DNA of 59,599 nt, the filler included, from Sphacelaria rigidula (Eukaryota): the NCBI GenBank assembly GCA_964200075.2. It is 10 parts of 10 records of this genome, joined end to end, with 100 filler letters (N's around TTAATTAATTAA, not from the genome) between each part and the next. Parts side by side here need not be neighbours in the genome. Positions count along the whole stretch, not along the records: positions 35,821 to 41,690 come from CAXNAA020023844.1; positions 41,791 to 47,660 come from CAXNAA020023845.1; positions 47,761 to 53,630 come from CAXNAA020023846.1; 7 more parts are not named here. The stretch is one strand, 5' to 3'. The notes under the pieces are model-generated. The model saw only the letters and a list, made by a program, of their open reading frames with translations, searched no databases and was not told the origin of the DNA. Position numbers and translations under genes: made by a program. This document shows positions 38,011 to 49,047 of the stretch, in pieces. Each line of letters starts with the position of its first letter. The first letter of the stretch is position 1.

Positions 38011-40485
38011 CGAACACAACGGTACACCACTCACTTTGCCGTTTATATCTGCCAGCACCGCACCACCAACTCGGATAGTTGACGCAGGGATCAGTCTACA
38101 CTCCGATGGACACCGCCCATGGATACTGAAGGTATGCATGCAGTCAACACCGCTGGTGTTAGCCCCGTTTGTTTGGAGGTGAGGTAGTGAAACTCGAAAA
38201 CGACCGCATGGGCCGTGCAACCGACTATGAGAGGTCATTGGGTCGTTATATGCGCATCGATAACGCTGCGAGAATGATGACCCGTGGCGCCGCAGATGAA
38301 CGGCGTCACGACGTCCGTCAATCCTCCTGCCGCTACGAGCTGGGCCAGGGTAAAAGCGGCTAACAGTTGCTCACCCCACAGTTTCCACAGTTTCCCGAAT
38401 GAAGCCGATGTGAGTATATCACTGTGAACTGCAGACCCACCTGATGAGAAGGGACTGCGTCGCTGTTCGATTGGCGTCGTATTGCCGATGACGTTATCGT
38501 ACTGCGTAGAGTACGGGATTCGTCTCATATCGTTTGTCGGAGTGCGTTTTTTTTTTAATGCGGCGGCTTCATGTCAGTAATCACCCCGCACCGGGTATTG
38601 GGGTGCAGCAGCGTCACGGAAAATGTTGCACGCGCGGCCCAATTCGGCGACTCTTGAGCTGAAATTTCAGGAAGACCTTGTGCACCCAAGGAAATGACAC
38701 TTCACGTGAGCAGCTGCAGATTCTCATTTCTTTGCTGGGCTTATGACATTATCTTGTTTTCGCTGAAATTTCGTATTCCCATAATTTTTTGTCTTTCTTT
38801 GCCGCTGCCGTCATCTTCTGCATTTCAATCACAAAAAGCTGCGGTCAAAAATTCAGCGCCCAACTCCTGATATCGCGCCGTGCGTCGCCTGAGCGAAAAA
38901 ATCACCCATTGTTGGCTGGCCCAGCTGGTAGCCCCGGCGGATGAAATGTGCAAAGAAAACTTCTGCACATGCGATGAGTCGAATCACCTGCATTCGATTT
39001 AATTCGTCTTGGTACAAACCCAGGTCTCCGTTTTACGGTATAACCGGCGGTACCAATATCCATGAGTTATACCGTGCGACTCAGTAGTATCATTTCCCTC
39101 TCTCTGAGTCATACAGTGTAACTCGGCTGTACGTTTTTCCACAGCCTGAGTTGTTCCACATAAATGCCCGTCAACTCTTGAGTTTTTCGACATGTGAAAA
39201 CTCGTGAAAAACGATGGTGTTGTCCACACGAAGGATCAAATAATTTATTGCATCAAAATCCGTAAAACCCCTCTTTAAGTTCACATCACGTGCCGCACTC
39301 GTGCAGATCGTTTGGTCCGCGGCAGGGATCCGTGATCATCGGCATGCGTTGGTAGATTATTCCGCCTGTTGTGTTCACCCACCAACGGCAAATTCACCCC
39401 TGCAAGTTTTCGCTTTCAGCATTTGTCGCCCACGGGGTCGCCCATGACGGCACCGGAACTCATCGGCGTACTGTATTCTCACCCACGCACGCCGTTGTTG
39501 ACGTCCTGTCAGGAGTTCAAGAGGATCACCGACAAAAATATTCGGAACCTCCCTGTCGTGGGCCACGGTACGACACAGTGATGAGGAAAGTACGCGCACG
39601 TTGTGCGGAGGAAATCCAGCGGTTGCTACCCCAAGCGACAGCAGTGCTGGGCCTTGCCGCGACTTCCTGAAAGATTCGACGTATCTGGCGTAAACTTATT
39701 ACATCACGGCGTACCGTTATGAGGGGTCCCGCCTAGTCAACACGAGCGTCGAGGTCCACGAAGTAGCGCCAAAACGGACGTCATAAACAGATGTTAGCAT
39801 TTGTCATCCAGCCGACGGTAAAGGCGGCGGCGTCAGCCCATTTCCATAACTCCGGCGCTAACCTCCCGCCCCGCAGGACGAAGCGGGCCCTGGCGATCTT
39901 CCATTCATCCATCCAGCAGGCAAGTTCCAATCAGTATACTTCTTCCCTGGCTTTGCCGTCACACAAACCGAAGGCAATGGGTCCATACAACCTCGCTCTT
40001 TGGCGATCGTGGTTCCGCCTGATGCCGGCGCTGTCCTCATGGTCCACCTCTCCTGTCCTTGTGTGTTTCAATACTAACAGTACACATCTGTTACGGTATA
40101 CGTGACAGTGGCAGTGGCCCGTCGTATGTTTGAGCGTGGACGCATTATCTGATTGTGTAACGTTCCCCCTGTGTGCAGTGTATCATCCACTGGTTTTTTA
40201 CCGTAATATTTCGATATCTCCTCTTCTTGCATTTTCATATTTTTAATTTCAATTTTCAGTTCTCAAATGCTTCTTGGTCATCCGCACGACAGCACATACT
40301 GTGCACACAACAGACTGTGGACATGGTTGAAGGCCGGCTCGAGTCGTCCTGGCATTTTGCAGACAAGACTATATCGAGTACCCTTGTTTTATATGTTAAC
40401 ACATATACATTAACAAATAAGATAGTTCATCACGGCCGTCAAAAAGGCAGGCGTACTCATGTATACATATGTGTGTGTATGACAG

Positions 40486-40702
40486 TGTTATGCGTGAGAG
40501 GACTGCGTGCTTAGAGGACCGCATCGAAATTTGAACATTACTATGGTTGGGGTTAGGGTCAGGGTTAGTGTTAGGGTTATAATCAGGGGCGTGGTACCTA
40601 CAGGGACTGGCCCGATTGGTTTTGGAAAGCATCGATCCTGAGTCCTGAGGTGTTCTGAACTACGGCGCGGTCCTCTCAGCACGCGGTCCTCTCACGCATT
40701 AC
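40486..40702. mobile_element. MITE, second copy of the 24309-24507 family
   Basis: Same TIRs, with an expanded internal ggggttagggtcagggttagtgttagggtta tract. Confidence 0.85.
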
Positions 40703-43700
40703 GACAGGTTTACACCGTGGTCCAGGCAACCAATGCATTTGTTTAGACGGAAAATATTTATCCCTCCATGTGTAATCCACCCACACCTTTTATTATGACC
40801 GATCTTGCGCCGTTTTTGATTTACTTCGGGAGCCCACCTGTTTCTAATCTGAGAAAGTTACGTGTGTTTGCAAATAATGTAGAGCCTGCACCTGTACTGT
40901 AGTGCAGGCTGAAGTTCTATCCTCTGCATCGTGCATTTGGACGTAGCCTTGAGACTTTCAGTCAAGACGGTGTAGAACCAAAGACCTTGCCGACATCACC
41001 GCTGCCAAATGCGGGCCTGCCTCCCGTTGTGGCGAACAAATGATTGTCTACGTCGTACTACTGTGTGTGCCAAGTACAGGGTGTTTGCATCCTTGTACTG
41101 CTACTACCTGTTGTGTTCGCAAAGTACAGCAGCCACCTCGTGCTGTGTTCGCAAGTACAGCCTGTGCCTGCAACCTTGCACGACTGTGATCGCAGAGGAC
41201 AACCTGCAGTCGGAAATACCGTAGTGCATTTGTACCGTGTTTGCAAAGTATAGCCTGTTCTTGTAACGTTGCATAGTAGTCATTTTGTCCTCTAGGATTT
41301 CTAAATTCTTTGCAAACTTGAAGTATGCACCGCTTCATGTAACGTGTGTATGACATTTTTTCATGAAACGTGGAACGTAATATGGAACGTTTCATGTGAG
41401 GTGACACGTCTAATGCACTTGTAACGTGTAGTAGACGTTCCGAGTTCGACGAAACGTTACATATTACGTGTTTCGAACGTTTGAACAATTCAACGCTCAC
41501 GTTTCGTTTCGTTTGGCACGTGAAAAAATGCTAACGTTAACGTGTGACGTTGTGGCACGTGTAACGTGTAGACCCCCGGCATTTCTACCCGGAGCACCTG
41601 TCCGTATATTCGAGCAGCGAGCGTGTGGATCGGCAGTGTACTCACGACAATGGAGTGCACGTGGAGGGCTGTACGTTTCAGCTCGGCAGTNNNNNNNNNN
41701 NNNNNNNNNNNNNNNNNNNNNNNNNNNNNNNNNNTTAATTAATTAANNNNNNNNNNNNNNNNNNNNNNNNNNNNNNNNNNNNNNNNNNNNAAACACGCTG
41801 ATTTCAGAAATAATCATAGATAGAAATCCTGGGTGACATATTGAAAAACAAATAGGCACTGATTGAACAAACTAAAAGCTATCTAATTTAGGAACAGATA
41901 TCGATAGAATAATTCACGACCTATCGACGTACACAATAGATATCTATCTCCGATGTCGTGTACTATTGAATGGACCAATAACCTATCAAATAGGATATTA
42001 TCCAGGGTGTGGTGTATATATCTTCCTCCACTCGATTGAGATTTCATCGCAAAAAATCTGACATCGTCACTCCTGAGTTTGAGACTCTCAAGACGTTCGT
42101 CAAACAAGCCGACCGTGCTCAGGGCACATTTCTCTGACCTGCAGCACCGAACAGCACGAGCTGGGCCAGTCGAAAAACACAGAGCCCCTCAGCGCACAAC
42201 AAACTTGTTCAGTTTCCCGAATCAGCCCGATTTAAATATATCGCTCTGAACTGCACACCATCCTGGCCATGCACGATCTGCCGCTAAACAGAAGAAAAAA
42301 AAAGAGAAAAAAGTACAGTACCGCATAGTATATGAACCCAACGACGGGATCAGATTCTGCCAAAAAAATAGCATCTGTCGGGATTTGAACTGGAGTCTCC
42401 CGTATTACTGAAATTACAAGGGCACAGCGGTGTCACACAAAAAATCCAGGCTGGGCCAAATTTTAGGCGTTTTCGGACAAAAAAAATTAGGATCTTCTGG
42501 GTGCGAGTACAAAATTCGTGACGGGGGATGCCGCTGTTCATTTTTTCACGGAGTAATGATATTTTCCAGTTTTTTGCTGGAGTTTCAAATCGCTGCTAAT
42601 TTTTTTTTTCTTGGCATCCCCGGAGATGTTGCGCCTGTTGATGAAAATATCACGTCAAAATTCCAGCGCCTGACTCCCGAAGTTAAGCACCGCGTCACCC
42701 GATTACCGACAAAAAACACTAGCAGCTGGCCCAGCTGGTACTGACAAAAAAAATCCGTTTGTCGACGGGGTGTTCATAACCGCACGGTCGAAAAAACGGG
42801 ATTTTCTTGATTTAGCGTTGGTGCTCGTACGGGATACGAGCGTACGACCTGCTCGTTCACGTGAACGTTCAGGCATGCGGAATTCGCAAAAGGTTCACAT
42901 CAGCCAGTGACATGGCTCGACGACCGCAGAGGCGAACGATACCACCCACGGGTGCACGCCGTCTCGCACGACTGTTGTGGGCGCGCCTGACCCCCCGAAA
43001 TGGGCAAAAAATGTGTCACCGACCAATATCACGAACAGACACGAACAGACCAACTTCTGGGGCTTATCTAGGCTCGTGGGGTAAAATGTGCCTTACATCA
43101 TCGGACGAGAACGGCATGGATCCAAAAATCATATCGAGAAAAAATGGACTGCAATCTATAATCAAAACCCTCCCGTTATTTCCGTTGTTGTTTCTCATAT
43201 ATTACATGCCACTGCGTCGCTTCTCGTCCGCGCTTGCGATTCCCTGGCATGCAAGGAGGCTAGTTAGGTTGACCCAGCCCAACGCACATCGTGAACACTC
43301 GGGCAAGGGCGCTACATACATTCCCTGCAGAAAGTGAGGCCATGGTAGACCCCAAATCAGGGGTGGCGCCGATTCCAACGAAAACGCGTTCTGCGCACCC
43401 GAGGAGCACACGGGACTGTCAGCCCTACTGAAATTCCGATTCTCGTTGTAGACGCTCAAACCAAATAATATCAACCATGAACATTTGTAGCCCAACGCCG
43501 GTAACTGAAACCAGGAAGCTGAACCATTCTTTGTTTTGTTTGTTTGTTTGTTTGTTTTTGGGGGGGTGCGGATCCAAATTCGGCCAGAATGATGTGCTCA
43601 ACATGCGACAGAGCCATATGTCCTGATGAACTTCAATGAGGACGGCCCTTACACAGACGAGTGGAGTACAAATAGACACTGGCTGTGTGAAGTGGGCTGA

Positions 43701-43857
43701 GCGGGCGTTGGTCCACCACCTCGTCATATTCTGAGGAGCTTGATTTATCGGCTCTCATCATTCCACAGCTTTTGGCGGATGAACGACTCGCCTTGTGCAA
43801 ATGTATTTATTGTTCCGTGGCCATGGCTTTTCATTTCATGAATATGACATTAATTAA

Positions 43858-43956
43858 CCCTTTGACCGCGACGGTTGGTCACCTGCTGAATCGGCATCAT
43901 TCTTCACTTGAGAAAAGTATGCATGGTCCAGATGGACTGCCTTCGCGGTCTAGGGG
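43858..43956. mobile_element. 99-bp piggyBac-type MITE
   Basis: TTAA|CCCTTTGACCGCGA...TCGCGGTCTAGGGG|TTAA: CCC-starting TIRs with a TTAA target duplication. Confidence 0.8.
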
Positions 43957-44330
43957 TTAATCGGACTCCAAGGATATTGTGTTGCAAGAGGGAATGAAAA
44001 CAAACGGCCGTCCGTCACCCACCAGTGCCGATACAACAGATTCGTGTCCTAGGACGGGTGGGTCCACCGAAAGACGTGAATAGGGCTTCGGTGCCATGTT
44101 GCTTCAGCAAAACTGGACCGACGACTTCATGCTGTCTTTTATGTCGTCCTCACGCAAAGTATACTTCACCATTCGGGAATAAGTTGGTCCATGTTGATCT
44201 TGATGTGTAAACCGGAATCCGGATCTTTCATGAAGGCTGTGCTTCTAGCATGCTCGTAGCGTGCCAGAACGCGTTTTTGTCTAAATCGGCGCCTGGGCCG
44301 CCGATTTGAGGTCTGGCAACGCACCCTTTG

Positions 44331-44474
44331 CCCAGGGAACAAGCTGCATCCCTCTTGCGCGGGGGATCTCGGTATGCCTTCGTTGTGGTTAGGGTTAGGG
44401 TTAGGGTTAGGGTTAGGGTTACAACTTTTTCTCTTCGCTAGTGCGAGGTCGCGAAGATGATCCTTGCTCCTGGG
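44331..44474. mobile_element. Short TIR element enclosing an interstitial (TTAGGG)5 array
   Basis: cccagggaacaagctgcatc / gatgatccttgctcctggg flank ggttagggttagggttagggttagggttagggtta (about 44387-44421). Confidence 0.6.
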
Positions 44475-46101
44475 GGTTCGGGCGAAGGTTCAACCTCTAC
44501 ACCTGTCGAACATTTCACACATCCGATGTATCAATCATCAGCACTATCAAGAGTCATTCATGAGTGTCATCTATTCTGAGGCCGTTGGACAGGGGTGAGG
44601 TTTTCGTGTTTAGTGGAAACCGGCGAGGGTTGGAGGCGTTTGTTTGCGATCACAGCCCAAACTGGTGGGCCGATTACTCATCGCCAACGCCATCGATTGG
44701 GAGGTGACTTTTTGCATCATCTGCGCCAAGACGACAGCTACAACTTGACCGGATGATTTCTTATTTCATCAAGATGCGAGCGGTATCACAAATTAAGTGA
44801 AGAAAAAAAAACATGGGTTTTTTGCGATTTGCTACATCACCGTAACTTCTTTGGTAAAACCATTCCGTCAGATTGTAGCATGGACAAATACACGCTGGTG
44901 AGCAGCCGAGCCACGCCGTGGTTGTTACTCCGGAACGAGAAAACTTCGAAACCGTGAGATGGAAACCCCACTCAAATCACAAGGTTATTGAGGGATTTTA
45001 CGGCGTGCATAATCAGGGGATGAACGTCATCTCCGGTATGTTCGTGCTTTCGGTGGGTGACACTTTTGTGGCTCATTTTGGGGGGTCAGGCGCGCCCATA
45101 TAACTGTCCGCATTCCGGGTGCCGTAGATTAGACATATCGACGACACGGTAGCGGTAATAAACCACAACGCAATACACGGACGAAACGGGGAATAAAAAT
45201 TATACAAGGATCCGCATCAACAGGCTGGGCCATTCCGTCGGGCCCAAATAAGCTGCAGCCGTTACTTGCTCTATCTGAAACGTCTACCTGAACCGATCAT
45301 GGAAACAAGCCAAGCCCGGAACACACGACACCCTTATCGGTGACGTGTTCAAACTTCAAGATTCTAGCCTACACCCCCCGGCTCAATCCCTCGTGGTCGG
45401 AAGTCTGCTCCACAGATTGCCGCCATCAAGTGCTGTTCCGAGGCCGAAAACAGAGTGATCTGGCCTGACCCACTCTCTGCCCGTGCTTGCATACAGTACT
45501 GTGGATGCCAAATATTAATATACATACATTCTATGCATATATTGAGAAATTTCCGATTTTTTGGGAAAGCATCCGCCGCGGGTCAACCTCTAATGAAGGC
45601 AAGCAGGTCGGCGGGGTCTTCTCTTGCTTACTCGAGCAAAGGTTGAGCAGATTCGTTATGTTATGTGCCCAGAGGATATTGCTCTCTCGTGAGCAGCGTC
45701 AGCAGTACCGACACTTCCTCCACAGAAAAAATTATTGCCGACTCTGCTGACGAAGCACCGGGCGCCATCCGGTATATCGCGTCGGCAAGCCTACGCGGCG
45801 ATGCGCGTTCATCGACTGCAGGGTCATACAGACATAGAGCTGCTGTGTTCGATAAAGAGCAGGGTTCCAGATTTCTCCTGCAGTGCTCAATGTTCGCACA
45901 AGGTAGATGGTCTTGATCTTGTTTCGCCATGGACTACTGAAGAACCGGATTTAAAAATCACGCTTCAAATCAGCACAGACGCTTGTACTCTTCAGTACGA
46001 GCACGCCTACCCAAGTGACGTACACCCGCTGCACTTATTTTTTTTCATTTCCCCCCGGACAGGATCGGCCCCTTAACACCAAACTCGTTCCCCTTTATGT
46101 T

Positions 46102-46410
46102 CGCGCCCCGGTGGTTTCATGATACAAGTGACACCATTATGTCGGAAAGACTGGATTTGACTACCATAAGATTCGTTTAGTTTTTCTTTCTTTGAGCGCG
46201 ATAGATTCCCGTCGTTGAAAGTATGGGGACGTGAGTAGCGAACAGAGTCTGCTCGACTGAGCTTGCTTGAGGAGCGCCAACGCGGCGCGGGAGTGTTGGC
46301 CATGATCCAATCCGCAGTACCAAAAAACAAAATGTGTAGCGGAGGAGATATAAGATAGTCGATCCACTTGAGACCACGGACTCGTCCCGAGCATGGGGAG
46401 GGGTTTAAAA
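46102..46410 (+). mobile_element. SINE family 2 (degenerate copy)
   Basis: Head cgcgccccggtgg. Body acgcggcgcgggagtg...ttgagaccacggactc is shared with the copies at 46505-46799 and 55094-55385. Confidence 0.65.
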
Positions 46411-46504
46411 TGCCATCAACATATATGTATATGGAGGCCACACTTTATGACGGTACAGTTTAATTATATCACTATTACTATTATTTCATTATTATCATTT
46501 ATTT

Positions 46505-46799
46505 ATCGCACTTCGAACCCCTCCCCTTCCTCGGAATGAGTCCGTGGTCTCAAAGGATAACCCATCTCTCCCCCGGTACACGCCCTGCATGCCGGCCTCG
46601 CGGATTGGGTCAGCACTCCCGCACCGCGTCAACTCACGTCAAACAATTTCAGTCGACTACTTTGTTTACTCACATTCTCACGCTTTACACGGTGGGAATC
46701 AGACATTACGAAGAAAAAACTCAACGAATGGGGAATCGAACCCTCGTACTCTCCACCCCAAAGGCGATAGTCGGACCATTAGACCCCCGGGGCGCGGCG
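46505..46799 (-). mobile_element. SINE family 2 with tRNA(Pro)-like head
   Basis: Minus strand CGCCGCGCCCCGGGGGTCTAATGG...CGCCTTTGGGGTGGAGAG..GGGTTCGATTCCC has an A-box, a B-box and a TGG anticodon-like loop. Confidence 0.75.
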
Positions 46800-47026
46800 T
46801 GCAGGGAAAAATCGCCCGCATTCAAGTGGGATTCAGTCTCGAATGGATTGGGTCCTATCTACCGGCGCGGACATGGCGCAAGCGGATTTCCACCACCGTG
46901 AAGCAGGACCCCGCCTTGAAAGGGGCCGCCTTAGAGAGGGATCACCGCTGTATATTGTACGTACCTCAACCATCCATTCACTGAGACCGAAAATAAGAAA
47001 AACGAAGACAAGATTTTATAATATAC

Positions 47027-47161
47027 CTCCATTGTGTCCTCGCTGTCGATCGCGTAGACCTTGAGATGCGTCAAATCTTTCCGGATGCTGGCATCCGGAT
47101 CCGGTGGGGGATTGCCGTCTAATATTTCTCGAGCCTCTGCCAGAGCACCAGCAGTGAACAC
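47027..47161 (-). CDS. Exon of a ribonuclease II/R (RNB domain) gene, resembling organellar RNase II
   Basis: AG/GT-bounded 135-bp exon encoding VFTAGALAEAREILDGNPPPDPDASIRKDLTHLKVYAIDSEDTME. R.DLT.L.V.AID is the start of the RNB catalytic motif. Confidence 0.88.
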
Positions 47162-47964
47162 CTGTCATCAACATGAATCAGCATTCCCACCGCACCATCG
47201 TATCAACAGACAAAAAAAAAAAAAGGAGAAAACAAATGAGACAGTCAACGCAGCAAATATTGGGCAACGCATGAACTAAAACAGCACAAAGGCAGACCCC
47301 CAAGCAGTTGACCGCACTTGCCCTGTGCAGCAGGGCAAGCCTAACGTTTGAGTATCACTCTATTGACAGGTCGCTAACGTATCGACAGGGTGAAAAAATT
47401 CAGCCGCTACCTGTGTGGTTTTGCCCATAACTTGTGGGTGAAGACTTCTGCGGCATGATACGTTCGATACTGACGGGGTGATCTCAGTCCTTTGACCACC
47501 CCACCCGCAGGTGTGTCATATGTCGAATCGGTATCAATTTTGCTTGCAAAAGAGTCAGGCTGCGATAGAGGGGGGGGGGGGGGGGGGGTGTTGGGGTGAT
47601 TTTTTTGCATTCTTAAAAAGAATGATATAACCGGGCTGGTTAAATTGGACAGTCAGTGCCNNNNNNNNNNNNNNNNNNNNNNNNNNNNNNNNNNNNNNNN
47701 NNNNTTAATTAATTAANNNNNNNNNNNNNNNNNNNNNNNNNNNNNNNNNNNNNNNNNNNNGGCAGATTCTGTCCCGGTACATCTTCATCTTGCCCGTTTT
47801 TTTTTTTTCTGGACCTATTCTTGTTTTTTCGGTTTTGTTTGATTTCCTCATACCTCATTATAGGTAGCTAACCTGTGACCACGAAACGCGCCCGCATCAG
47901 ATATCCAGCACGAATGTACCGCGTAGATATCGGAACGATTTTTAATAGGAAGACAACAACGACA

Positions 47965-48185
47965 AAAACAATAACTCGAGTCATCGCTCGTGGTGGAGGA
48001 GCAAACGACTCGAGCACACGAGTCACTGCTCGTTGTGAAAAAACAGAATGGCTCGAGCAATGAGTCATTGCTCGTTGTAAAAAAAAAGCAATGACTTGAG
48101 CACACGAGTCATGCTCGTTGTGTTTTCAAAAACAATCCATGAGTGCACTCGTGTCGACGAGTAATGAATGACTCGTCCGACGTGT
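47965..48185. repeat. CTCGAG-repeat foldback family fragment
   Basis: ctcgagtcatcgctcgtggtgg / gagtcattgctcgttgtaaaa units as at 37358-38010. Confidence 0.65.
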
Positions 48186-48252
48186 GGATCTTTTAAATCC
48201 CTCGCCGTCTGCCATGACAACGCTCAACAATAACGCTCGCATCAAACCGCAC

Positions 48253-48751
48253 CTGACATTGCAAAGGAGATGGTGCCAACATAGTCCAAGGCACGTACCA
48301 ATCCTCCCGGAGTCTCCAGCGTGGGATACCGGCTGAGAGCTTCCGCGGGAGGGACGCCCGAGCGGTTGACACAAGCCTGTTTCATCCCACCCCTCTGAAA
48401 CTCCCCGCGGGTCGTCACTGATCGCTTGGACGTGCCGCCGCTGAAGCACACATTTTCGCTTCGTGTTAGTGTTTCCAGATATCTATCGTTGGCGCCATCA
48501 GCAGCAGAAGATGAAGGAAGAAATAGCGACGGCTTCACGCAGCTGCCGTTACCCTCAAGGCATTGATCTAGGCTAGGAGGCGTGTCCTCTCGGTCGTCGT
48601 TGACTGTGCGGTTTTTCAAACGTCCTCCGCGTGTGTGCATCGCTACCGTCGGCGGACCATTGGCTTTCGATCCTGCAGGACCACCATGACACTGTGGTAA
48701 CGCTACGCCTATGAAGACGGCGAGAGATACAACCACTCTGCGGCGGGGCAT
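48253..48751 (-). CDS. First exon of a TRIC channel / UPF0126 (YadS/YicG-like) membrane protein with N-terminal extension
   Basis: ATG at 48751 (MPRRRVVVSLAVFIGVALPQCHG, signal-like). The exon ends LVRALDYVGTISFAMSG|gt, matching the LDxxGTxxFAxSG start of UPF0126. Confidence 0.8.
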
Positions 48752-48969
48752 GTAACGAGAGGAGTGGAAGTATAGCAGACGCTGCAACGAAATGAGGCAG
48801 GCGGATTGGCTGATACATTGCCACAGGCTCTGGTTGCAAAGCTGGGAGCTGGTCGCTATTCCTGCTGAAACGCGGCGCAATACCTGTCGCCTGGTAGCTT
48901 CTTCTTCGTCCAAGTTAGGACGTTAACTTGGACGTTTTAGGACTAAGGACACAGGATACCTTGGCGACG
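48752..48969. promoter_or_regulatory. Probable bidirectional promoter region
   Basis: 218 bp separate two divergent ATGs (48751 minus, 48970 plus). Inferred from position only. Confidence 0.45.
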
Positions 48970-49047
48970 ATGCTCAGGACAGCTCGGGTTGGCGTAGCGA
49001 CCCGGCGGTTCTTCTCCGGAGCTTCCTCAAACGCCGCAAAAGATCAG
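48970..49047 (+). CDS. First exon of a probable mitochondrion-targeted protein
   Basis: MLRTARVGVATRRFFSGASSNAAKDQ|gt is Arg/Ser/Ala-rich with an RRFFS cleavage-like motif. Downstream exons are unresolved. Confidence 0.6.

Noticed and set aside
39360..39780. hAT transposase remnant
   Set aside because: Suggestive fragments need several frameshifts and no catalytic motif is clear.
44387..44421. Chromosome end
   Set aside because: Only five TTAGGG units, internal to a contig and flanked by inverted repeats.
46728..46799. tRNA-Pro gene
   Set aside because: No convincing acceptor stem, and it runs into a repeated SINE body. The same applies to the heads at 55094 and 26276.
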